Source of the DNA: Saprospiraceae bacterium
GTDB taxonomy: Bacteria > Bacteroidota > Bacteroidia > Chitinophagales > Saprospiraceae
DNA length: 60,869 nucleotides
Direction: 5' to 3'
Assembly (NCBI GenBank): GCA_016787465.1
Contig: JAEUUR010000197.1
Coordinates: forward strand, 1-60,869
Below the pieces are notes generated by a model. That model ran no database searches, had not been told where the DNA came from, and saw only the letters and a list, made by a program, of their open reading frames with translations. Below are positions 18,551-28,234 of the stretch, one piece after another (position 1 is the stretch's first letter; each line of letters starts with the position of its first letter). Both the position numbers and the translations under genes were made by a program.

Positions 18551-18558
18551 CAAAATTA
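18551..18558 (-). promoter_or_regulatory. -7 box (TAATTTTG on minus strand) upstream of the CcmE-like gene
   Basis: Plus-strand CAAAATTA lies 29 nt upstream of the ATG at 18522. Confidence 0.4.
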
Positions 18559-18726
18559 CAGGAAATTCGGCAATGTCCTCGTTCCCGGTGATCCAAAGGG
18601 CCGGTTTTGTTGAAACATTACCAAAAAATTACAGTGAATGCAGAGTGGCTTTGATACTTCGCGCTATTAATCAACGCTTTAGCCGAAGGCTGTTTTCATA
18701 ACCAAACAGCGCGAAGTATACACTGT

Positions 18727-19626
18727 TCAGGTTGGTTTTTTCCCGCCTTTTAAAAATCCTTGAACTGATTTTAACGTATCCCACTGATCGTTCGCGGCCA
18801 GGTTTGCCTGGGAAGGCCAGGTGCCGGGATCGTGCATAGCAAGTTGAGGGCCGGCGGTGGCCAGAATTTCCTTTAGTCGATCAACCTCGGTTTCCGCTAA
18901 TTGGCGGTAGGTATAAATGCCGTACTGGTTGAGCATCAGCTGGATTTTCGGTCCAATGCCTTCCACCACTGTGAGATCGTCGCGGTCGGCGGCGGCGGCG
19001 GAAATAACAGGCTCTGCAACCGGTGGCTCTGCTTCGGCTTTTTTGCTCGATTTTTTCTTTTCGGGTTGAGGCTCTACAAAGGCAACAGGTTCAATTACCA
19101 GGGCTTGCGGTGTATTTTCCGCCATGGCTGAAGTAGGCGCGGGTTCATTCGCAGCTTCATCCGTTACAACAACTTCAGGTACGGCAATAGGCAGTTCAAT
19201 TTCCAAAGGCAAATCCGCAGATGCCGGCACATCGGGCGCGTGTGAAAGCCCTAATTCAGTGTCCAACTGGCGGTTGTGCACTTTTAATTCCGACAATTCT
19301 TTTTCCAACGCTTCCACCTCCTGTAAGAGATTTACGTTATCGCGGTTGATGCTGTCTACCTGCACTGACAAGCCGCTGCGGTCGCTTTCTGCGGTAGCCA
19401 GTCTGGATTTTAACGCTGTTAATTCATTGCGCAACGCTTCTGCAGTAGCCAGGTTGCTTTGGTTTTCCAGGCTCATTTTGTCGATTTGCTGCTTATATTT
19501 TGACCACAGCGCCCAACCCAGCCACAAGCCGATGAGAAAAGCGCCAAGCAGCATGATGATGATTTCCAGGGTGTGTTGGGTAAATGTGCCCGTACCCGGG
19601 CCGAGGGTTATATTTTGTTCAAACAT
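18727..19626 (-). CDS. Membrane-anchored coiled-coil protein with C-terminal helix-hairpin-helix-like module
   Basis: 299 aa comprising one TM helix, about 90 aa of heptad-rich coil and a Pro/Glu/Ala-rich linker. The C-terminus is DLTVVEGIGPKIQLMLNQYGIYTYRQLA...HDPGTWPSQANLAA. Confidence 0.7.
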   Translation of the reverse strand: MFEQNITLGPGTGTFTQHTLEIIIMLLGAFLIGLWLGWALWSKYKQQIDKMSLENQSNLATAEALRNELTALKSRLATAESDRSGLSVQVDSINRDNVNLLQEVEALEKELSELKVHNRQLDTELGLSHAPDVPASADLPLEIELPIAVPEVVVTDEAANEPAPTSAMAENTPQALVIEPVAFVEPQPEKKKSSKKAEAEPPVAEPVISAAAADRDDLTVVEGIGPKIQLMLNQYGIYTYRQLAETEVDRLKEILATAGPQLAMHDPGTWPSQANLAANDQWDTLKSVQGFLKGGKKPT

Positions 19627-19668
19627 GGTTCAACCAATAGTTTAATGTTCTTTTGATGTGGTTTTTGG

Positions 19669-20283
19669 TTATTTGCCAGTGCGGATTTCTACACGACGGT
19701 TGAGATACCTGCCGTAGGGGGTGTCGTTTGTGGCTACAGGCCGGGTGTCGCCGCTTGATTTACATATGATTTGTTTTGGTGAAACACCCTTTTTGACCAG
19801 GATATCACGGATGCTGTTTGCGCGTCGCAAGCCAAAATTATAGTTTTCCTTTGGCTCTCCCACGAAGTCGGTGTGACCTGTGATGCGAACTTTTTCACCG
19901 GAGCTGATCAACTGGCGGGCAAGTTCGCTCAGATAGGCGTCAATGGCGGCATCATCTTCTTTCCGCCATGATTTGTAGGGGAAATGGATGACCATCCGGT
20001 CTTCAACGCGTTCCATTTGCACATTGTCCATTTTGTCGGGAGTAACCGGGGCCGATTTAGTGTCGGGTTGATCCTTTTTTTGCCCTTGTGGGTCGACGGG
20101 AACTGCAGGAGGAATGTTCAAATCGGCAGTGTCGGGTTCAATTGCCGGTGTTTGTATAACCTCAACAACGGGTGATTTTTCTTTACAGGCATCTTTGATG
20201 CCACACACATACCACCTTCCGCATATGACAGCCCATATGACAAAGGCAGTAAGGATGACGGGTTTTGAATTCATACGGTGCAA
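19669..20283 (-). CDS. OmpA-family peptidoglycan-binding protein
   Basis: The C-terminal OmpA-like domain reads ITGHTDFVGEPKENYNFGLRRANSIRDIL...NRRVEI. The N-terminus carries a membrane anchor. Confidence 0.85.
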   Translation of the reverse strand: MHRMNSKPVILTAFVIWAVICGRWYVCGIKDACKEKSPVVEVIQTPAIEPDTADLNIPPAVPVDPQGQKKDQPDTKSAPVTPDKMDNVQMERVEDRMVIHFPYKSWRKEDDAAIDAYLSELARQLISSGEKVRITGHTDFVGEPKENYNFGLRRANSIRDILVKKGVSPKQIICKSSGDTRPVATNDTPYGRYLNRRVEIRTGK

Positions 20284-20443
20284 AATTTAAAAGAACCAGA
20301 CAATTGTCAGGTTTTCAACTGCAATGTTCGGTATTGATTTTCAGGTTTTTATCAAAAATATGAAAAAAAACGCAAATAACCTTTCTCTTGCGTGTTTTAT
20401 TTCCCAAGGTTTTACCTTCGCCACAGAATCAAGCTGATTAATT

Positions 20444-21115
20444 GTGAGTTCTATCGTAAAAATAACCAACGCCGATATTTGCCAATCTGACGGTAGCGTC
20501 ATTTTGAACAACATACACCTGGAAATCGGCGCAGGTGAGTTTGTTTATCTGATAGGTAAAACAGGAAGTGGTAAAACCAGCCTGCTTAAAACTATTTACG
20601 CTGCCTTGCCCCTGGCAACTGGAATTGGGGAAGTGGCTGGGTTTAACCTGAAAACCATCGACAGAAACAACATCCACTTGCTTCGCAGAAAACTGGGTAT
20701 TGTATTCCAGGATTTTAACCTGCTCACCGACAGGTCGGTGGAAGAGAACCTGTTGTTCGTACTGCGCGCTACGGCATGGTCCGATGATGAGGCCATGCAA
20801 AAAAGGGTAGGCGAGGTGCTCGATGAAGTCGGGTTGAAACATAAACGATTATCCATGCCTTTTGAACTTTCAGGCGGCGAACAACAAAGGGTGGTCATCG
20901 CCAGGGCATTGCTCAATAACCCGCCCATCATCCTGGCCGACGAACCCACCGGGAACCTTGACCCGGAAACATCCGACGATGTGCTCACCTTGCTTCGCAA
21001 CCTGGCCAAACAACACAACACGGCCGTTTTGTGCGCAACGCACGATTACCGCATTCTGCAAAATTTCCCTGCGCGTATCATCCGTGTACAAAATGGAAAA
21101 TTGATCGATGACTAA
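20444..21115 (+). CDS. ftsE: Cell-division ABC ATPase FtsE
   Basis: 223 aa with Walker A GKTGSGKTS, signature LSGGEQQR and Walker B ILADEPTG. FtsE-type length, GTG start. Confidence 0.85.
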   Translation: MSSIVKITNADICQSDGSVILNNIHLEIGAGEFVYLIGKTGSGKTSLLKTIYAALPLATGIGEVAGFNLKTIDRNNIHLLRRKLGIVFQDFNLLTDRSVEENLLFVLRATAWSDDEAMQKRVGEVLDEVGLKHKRLSMPFELSGGEQQRVVIARALLNNPPIILADEPTGNLDPETSDDVLTLLRNLAKQHNTAVLCATHDYRILQNFPARIIRVQNGKLIDD

Positions 21116-21171
21116 TTGAACAGGTATCCATAAAATCCCGAACTTCATTAAGTAATTCCGCAAAATCAATC

Positions 21172-21179
21172 TAATTTTG
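21172..21179 (+). promoter_or_regulatory. -7 box TAATTTTG upstream of sucC
   Basis: Exact TAnnTTTG 47 nt upstream of the ATG at 21226. Confidence 0.45.
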
Positions 21180-21225
21180 CGCCTTCAATTGTTATCAATT
21201 TCTTTCACCTACATATACATCATTA

Positions 21226-23501
<2,276 letters not shown>

Positions 23502-23590
23502 GTTGGGTGTTGATGGGGTAAAGATACGGGGTTGGGGTTAGACCCGTCCTTTAGACTTTGTCAGAGAAGTGAGGTGTGTATGCGGTTTTT

Positions 23591-23678
23591 TTTCACAAGG
23601 AGTTACAAGAGTTACAGGAGACACAAGCGTTTTTTGATACTCCTGTGTCTCCTGTAACTCTTGTAACTCTTTGTGAAA
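23591..23678. repeat. 37-bp imperfect inverted repeat (88-nt hairpin) in the DUF72/mraZ divergent region
   Basis: The left arm 23591-23627 (TTTCACAAGGAGTTACAAGAGTTACAGGAGACACAAG) pairs with the right arm 23642-23678. There are 35/37 complementary positions and a 14-nt loop. Each arm contains a tandem AGTTACA(A/G)G. Confidence 0.9.
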
Positions 23679-23753
23679 ACCAATTTTGAATTGTATCTTT
23701 TCTTCATTTATCCGATATGTGACATTTGTTTGATGGAAGTTTTTTTATGATTT

Positions 23754-23777
23754 CCACTTTTTACCACTCCTTTCCAT
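23754..23777 (-). promoter_or_regulatory. Three 10-bp-phased GTGG-type boxes (minus strand: AAAATGGAAA / GGAGTGGTAA / AAAGTGGAAA), MraZ-box-like
   Basis: CCAC at 23754, CCAC at 23764 and CCAT at 23774 on the plus strand are exactly 10 bp apart. The A-rich flanks match the array at 24114. Confidence 0.35.
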
Positions 23778-24113
23778 TTTTTTTGAAAAACTCCCCCCGC
23801 CGCTTTTCGCGCCATTTCAGCGGGCGCTCAGCCGAGCGGCGCTGCGCGTGAGCCGGCGTTTTGCTTTCTTACCTATTGCCTTGATTTTCAGCTAAAAAAT
23901 CGACACTTATTCAAGCCATGCGCGGGTATACGCGCGTGAAGCGGTATTGTCTTTTGGGCTCCCCGGTGATGAGCAGGGTGGGCGATCGGTTGAATTGTTT
24001 TGGTTTTTTTCAATTTTTTTCAAAAAAAGATTTTTTATTAAATAGTTGATTTTCAATGTTTTATTATTTTTGCTGCATAGTAGTTTCTAAAAAAATCAAA
24101 AAAAAATAACCTC

Positions 24114-24151
24114 AAGTGGGAAAATGTGGTAAAAGTTGATACATTTGTGGC
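24114..24151 (+). promoter_or_regulatory. Putative MraZ operator: 10-bp-phased direct repeats AAGTGGGAAA / ATGTGGTAAA / AGTTGATACA (+ GTGGC) overlapping the mraZ promoter
   Basis: GTGGG at 24116, GTGGT at 24126, degenerate GTTGA at 24135 and GTGGC at 24147. The -7 box lies at 24140-24147. Confidence 0.45.
24140..24147 (+). promoter_or_regulatory. -7 box TACATTTG of the dcw (mraZ) operon
   Basis: Exact TAnnTTTG 85 nt upstream of the mraZ ATG, preceded by a very AT-rich tract (24000-24110). Confidence 0.45.
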
Positions 24152-24231
24152 GGTGAATTATAAGCGCGTTCCCACAATTTGCGTTTAGATCGCCAACAAA
24201 AGCAGAAATAGAATCAGAGTCCCACACATTT

Positions 24232-24723
24232 ATGCAACTCATAGGCGAATATCCTGTCGCCCTTGATGAAAAGGGTCGTATGCGCCTGCCAACCGCGCTG
24301 CTCCGCCAATTAGGTGACAAACCTGAAGGCGAGGGTGCGGGTTATGAATTTGTGGTAAACCGGGGTTTCGAAAAGTGTCTCACACTTTACCCCAAGCCGG
24401 TCTGGGATGCTATCACTGCCAAGTTGAGTCGTCTCAATCGTTTTAATGACCGGAACCGCGCCTTTATTCGCTCCTTCTACCTTGGAGCTTATCCACTTAC
24501 CACCGATAGCGCGGATCGAATTCTATTACAAAAACCTTTAATGGATTATGCCGGTATCGGCAAAGAAGCCGTATTGGTTGCCATGGATGATCGGATCGAA
24601 ATCTGGTCGCCAAATGCACATTCGGAAGTAGCTGCGATGGACTCCAACGCTTTTGCCGACCTGGCCAATGATGTCATGGGCGGCGGTGAAGACGGGGTAG
24701 GAGAGTTGTTGATGGGTGAATAG
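24232..24723 (+). CDS. mraZ: Transcriptional regulator MraZ
   Basis: 163 aa with two SpoVT/AbrB-like repeats containing DxxGR motifs (LDEKGRMRLP; TTDSADRILL). It is the first gene of the dcw cluster. Confidence 0.95.
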   Translation: MQLIGEYPVALDEKGRMRLPTALLRQLGDKPEGEGAGYEFVVNRGFEKCLTLYPKPVWDAITAKLSRLNRFNDRNRAFIRSFYLGAYPLTTDSADRILLQKPLMDYAGIGKEAVLVAMDDRIEIWSPNAHSEVAAMDSNAFADLANDVMGGGEDGVGELLMGE

Positions 24724-24771
24724 TACACGCCAGGTTTTCTGGATAGTTTGCTGCTCGCTAATTCAAATCGG

Positions 24772-25713
24772 ATGGATAACTCTATGTATCACGTCAGCGT
24801 ATTGCTCAACGAGTCGGTCGAAAGCCTGCAAATCAAGCCAGGCGGCACCTATGTGGATGCCACATTTGGCGGCGGAGGCCACTCAGACTTGATACTGAAT
24901 AAACTGGGCGGCAAAGGCCGTCTGTTTGCCTTCGATCAGGATGAAGACGCCCGCCAAAATGCAACAAAAGCACCCTTTGCCGGAAATGATCAATTCTCCT
25001 TCATCCATGCGAACTTCAGGCATTTGAAAAGAATGGTGCGCGCAGAGGGCGTTCGGGTCGGAACAGTCGACGGTATCCTCGCGGATTTGGGCGTCAGCAG
25101 TCATCAGCTCGACAGCGGCTCGCGCGGTTTTTCCTACCGCTTCGATGCAGAACTGGACATGAGGATGGATACCCGCGAAGGCCCCACGGCAGCAGATGTG
25201 CTGAACCAGACAAGCGCCGTGGAATTGCAACAAATCCTCAGCGAACTGGGCGAAGTAAGAAACGCTAAAACCCTGGCAGAAGCCATCGTCCGGTTCCGGG
25301 AGAACAGCCCCTTCAAAACCACCGGCGAACTGACGGCTTTGTGCGAAAAGTATTTCATGGGCGACCGGATGCGCTACCAATCCCAGGTGTTTCAGGCGCT
25401 GCGGATGCATGTGAACGACGAGCTGGGCGCGCTCAAGGAACTGTTGGAATCGGCTTATGAGATGTTGGCGGTAGGCGGCCGATTGTCGGTCATCACCTTC
25501 CACTCCCTCGAAGATCGTATGGTGAAAAACTTCATGAAAACCGGCAATGTGGAGGGCATCGTGAAAAAAGATTTTTACGGAAATATCGATCGCCCCTGGG
25601 AGCTTGTCACTAAAAAACCCATCGAACCGAGTCACGAAGAAATCAAAAATAACACCCGGGCAAGAAGTTCAAAACTACGGGTAGCAGAAAAGAAAACCGC
25701 TGAAAACCAATAA
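24772..25713 (+). CDS. rsmH: 16S rRNA (cytosine1402-N4)-methyltransferase
   Basis: Motifs YHVSVLLNES, DATFGGGGHS and ITFHSLEDR. The track start at 24748 is a TTG. The ATG at 24772 or 24784 is more likely. Confidence 0.95.
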   Translation: MDNSMYHVSVLLNESVESLQIKPGGTYVDATFGGGGHSDLILNKLGGKGRLFAFDQDEDARQNATKAPFAGNDQFSFIHANFRHLKRMVRAEGVRVGTVDGILADLGVSSHQLDSGSRGFSYRFDAELDMRMDTREGPTAADVLNQTSAVELQQILSELGEVRNAKTLAEAIVRFRENSPFKTTGELTALCEKYFMGDRMRYQSQVFQALRMHVNDELGALKELLESAYEMLAVGGRLSVITFHSLEDRMVKNFMKTGNVEGIVKKDFYGNIDRPWELVTKKPIEPSHEEIKNNTRARSSKLRVAEKKTAENQ

Positions 25714-25723
25714 ATTAGGAATC

Positions 25724-26035
25724 ATGGCAACCAATAAATTACTCAATGCACTGAATGTAAGCCAGCACACCACCAACCTGGTGTTCGGCAATTTTCAGTA
25801 CATGCTTTTTGTCGGGTTCCTGGGTATCGTGTACATCGCGAATGCCCACTTTGCCGAAAAAGGGGTGCGCCGGATTCAATCGCTCCAAAAAGAAATGAAA
25901 GAACTGAAATGGGAATACACTTCGATTAAAAGTGAAACCATGTACAAGTCGATGCAAAGTCAAATGGATGAAAGTCTGGAATCAGCCGGACTGGATCTGG
26001 AAGGACGAGGCATCCGCGTGATTGAAGTAAAATAA
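25724..26035 (+). CDS. ftsL: FtsL-like small bitopic cell-division protein
   Basis: 103 aa with one TM helix followed by a short coiled coil. It sits in the conserved position between rsmH and ftsI. Confidence 0.7.
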   Translation: MATNKLLNALNVSQHTTNLVFGNFQYMLFVGFLGIVYIANAHFAEKGVRRIQSLQKEMKELKWEYTSIKSETMYKSMQSQMDESLESAGLDLEGRGIRVIEVK

Positions 26036-26070
26036 ACAACCATCAAACCACTTAAATTCAAACATTCACC

Positions 26071-28224
26071 ATGTTGAACATCAAAAACGAAGTATTGGTT
26101 CGGGCTTACCTGGTTGCTGCCGGGTTGGTGGGCCTTGCCTTCGTGATTTTTTTGAGGATGTTCCAACTGAGCGTAAAAGATGCTGCCAAATGGGAGGCCA
26201 AGGCCGACAGCCTGTACGTGAAATGGGTGGATGCGCCGTCGCAACGCGGCAATATCCTGGCGGACGACGGTTCCTTGCTCGCTACCTCCCTGCCGTTCTT
26301 CGACGTACATTTTGACGCTAAAGCCGAAGGCTTGACGGATCAGATTTTTAATGATCAGGCGGTCGATAGCCTGGGATGGTTAATTTCCACTTATGTCGAC
26401 CAGCAATACACCCCCGGCGCTTACGCTGCCTGGCTTCGCCGCCTCAGGGATAGCACAGAAGCTACTGCACGTGGTATTCGGTATGTGCCGATCGCCAAAA
26501 ACCTGCCCTACGCCAAAGCCATGCAGATCAAAAACTTCCCGATTTTCAGGGAAGGCCGTTACAAGGGCGGGTTTATTATGGAACAGGTGAACAAACGCGA
26601 GCGCCCGTTCAAACTCCTGGCCCAACGTACCATCGGTTACACCCGAGAAGGCGCATTGCCGGTCGGGTTGGAAGGCAGTTTTAACAACGTCCTGGAAGGG
26701 AATGAAGGAAAACAATTGATGATCCGGGTGCCGGGTGATGTGTATATACCGATCAACGACCTGGCTGAAATCGAACCCGAGGCCGGCGACGATGTCGTCA
26801 CCACCCTCGACATCAATATTCAGGACGTGGCTGAAAACAGCCTCCTGAGCGCTTGTCAGACGCACAATGCCGACCACGGCTGCGCCATCGTCATGGAGGT
26901 CAAAACCGGAAAAATCCGCGCCATGGCCAACATCGGTCGCACGCCGGATGGCTGGTGGGAAACATATAACTATGCCGTTGGGGAACGCGTAGAACCCGGT
27001 TCCATGTTCAAACTCGCCTCCTTTATGGCTATGATGGAGGAAGGTAAGTTGGATAATTTTGATGAAAAAATTCCCGTCTATGGCGGGAAGGTGAATATTT
27101 ATGACGAAGAACTGGTGGATGCGGTTCCCCATGGTTTGGATTCGATGACCATCAAGCAGGTATTCGCCCAATCGAGCAATGTCGGTACGGCAACCCTGAC
27201 ACAACAGTTTTTTAAAGGAAACCCTTCGGCATTTTACGAACACTTGCTCGATTTCGGACTGCACCTACCCACCGACATAGAAGTAGGCGGTGAAGAAGCG
27301 CCGATTGTCAAAAATCCAAAGGACCCGAAAAGTGAATGGTCGGGCACCACACTGCCCTGGATGAGTATCGGGTATGAATTATTGCTGACGCCCATGCAAC
27401 TGCTTACATTTTACAACGCCGTAGCCAATAACGGCCGTATGATGAAGCCTTACCTGGTGCAACGCACCGAACGTTACGGCGAGGTGATTAAAGAATTTCA
27501 CCCGACGGTAGTTAAAAAAAGCATCGCCTCCAATTCAACCATCAAAAAGGCGCATGAATTATTGCGGGAGGTGGTAATCAGTGGTACGGCAAAAAATATT
27601 ATGCCGGCCAATTATACCATCGCAGGTAAAACCGGTACCGCCCAGTTGAACTACCACAAGTTCCAGGCATCCAAAGGGATTCGTCACCAGGCAGGTTTTT
27701 GCGGGTTTTTCCCGGCTGATAATCCGGTGTATTCCTGCATCGTGGTCATCAGCGAGCCGGAACGCGGCGGCTACCACGGCGCAGAAGTAGCAGCGCCAGT
27801 GTTCAGAGCGATTGCCGATCGTTGTTTTGCCATGAAGGCCGAACTACATCCTCCAATCAACAAAAACAAAGCGCCCAAACTCGCATCCTCCCAACTGCCC
27901 ACATACGATGCCGGATTGCGAAAAGATGTGAAAGAAAGTTTGAGGTGGCTGGGACTCGATTTTTTTAGGGTCGACGAAAAAGGGGAAGACAGCGAATGGT
28001 CGGTGATCGTTGCCCAATCCGGCGACTCACTCGTGATGAAGAATAGGGTAGTACCCGATAAAACCATCCCGTCGGTGGTAGGTATGGGCCTCAAGGACGC
28101 CATGTATCTGTTGGAAAACCGCGGATGTAAAGTTCGGGTGGTGGGTGTCGGAAAGGTGCGCCGCCAAAGCATTTCACCGGGAAGTCATGCATCCGGACAA
28201 ACTTGTGTTTTATACCTCGAATAA
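26071..28224 (+). CDS. ftsI: Class B penicillin-binding protein (PBP3/FtsI) with C-terminal PASTA domain
   Basis: 717 aa with a membrane anchor and transpeptidase motifs SMFK, SSN and KTGTA. The C-terminal ~65 aa are PASTA-like (IPSVVGMGLKDAMYLLENRGCKVRVVG). Confidence 0.93.
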   Translation: MLNIKNEVLVRAYLVAAGLVGLAFVIFLRMFQLSVKDAAKWEAKADSLYVKWVDAPSQRGNILADDGSLLATSLPFFDVHFDAKAEGLTDQIFNDQAVDSLGWLISTYVDQQYTPGAYAAWLRRLRDSTEATARGIRYVPIAKNLPYAKAMQIKNFPIFREGRYKGGFIMEQVNKRERPFKLLAQRTIGYTREGALPVGLEGSFNNVLEGNEGKQLMIRVPGDVYIPINDLAEIEPEAGDDVVTTLDINIQDVAENSLLSACQTHNADHGCAIVMEVKTGKIRAMANIGRTPDGWWETYNYAVGERVEPGSMFKLASFMAMMEEGKLDNFDEKIPVYGGKVNIYDEELVDAVPHGLDSMTIKQVFAQSSNVGTATLTQQFFKGNPSAFYEHLLDFGLHLPTDIEVGGEEAPIVKNPKDPKSEWSGTTLPWMSIGYELLLTPMQLLTFYNAVANNGRMMKPYLVQRTERYGEVIKEFHPTVVKKSIASNSTIKKAHELLREVVISGTAKNIMPANYTIAGKTGTAQLNYHKFQASKGIRHQAGFCGFFPADNPVYSCIVVISEPERGGYHGAEVAAPVFRAIADRCFAMKAELHPPINKNKAPKLASSQLPTYDAGLRKDVKESLRWLGLDFFRVDEKGEDSEWSVIVAQSGDSLVMKNRVVPDKTIPSVVGMGLKDAMYLLENRGCKVRVVGVGKVRRQSISPGSHASGQTCVLYLE

Positions 28225-28234
28225 AAAAATAAAC

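Noticed and set aside
23591-23678. The 37-bp inverted repeat considered as a MITE or IS remnant
   Set aside because: The arms are separated by only 14 nt, so there is no cargo. No flanking direct duplication is visible, and there is no transposase anywhere in the window.
23747-23851. 34-codon ORF (MISTFYHSFPFFLKNSPRRFSRHFSGRSAERRCA) in the mraZ upstream region
   Set aside because: There is no promoter box upstream and the composition is odd. It overlaps the phased CCAC box array, which explains the sequence better. I keep it only as a remote possibility.
24883-25635. 250-aa ORF antisense to rsmH
   Set aside because: It is an antisense shadow ORF of a well-supported gene.
26380-27264. 294-aa ORF antisense to ftsI
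   Set aside because: It is an antisense shadow ORF. The same applies to 31133..31843 (murD), 33970..34620 (murG), 35916..36551 (murC), 38214..38672 and 39998..40390.
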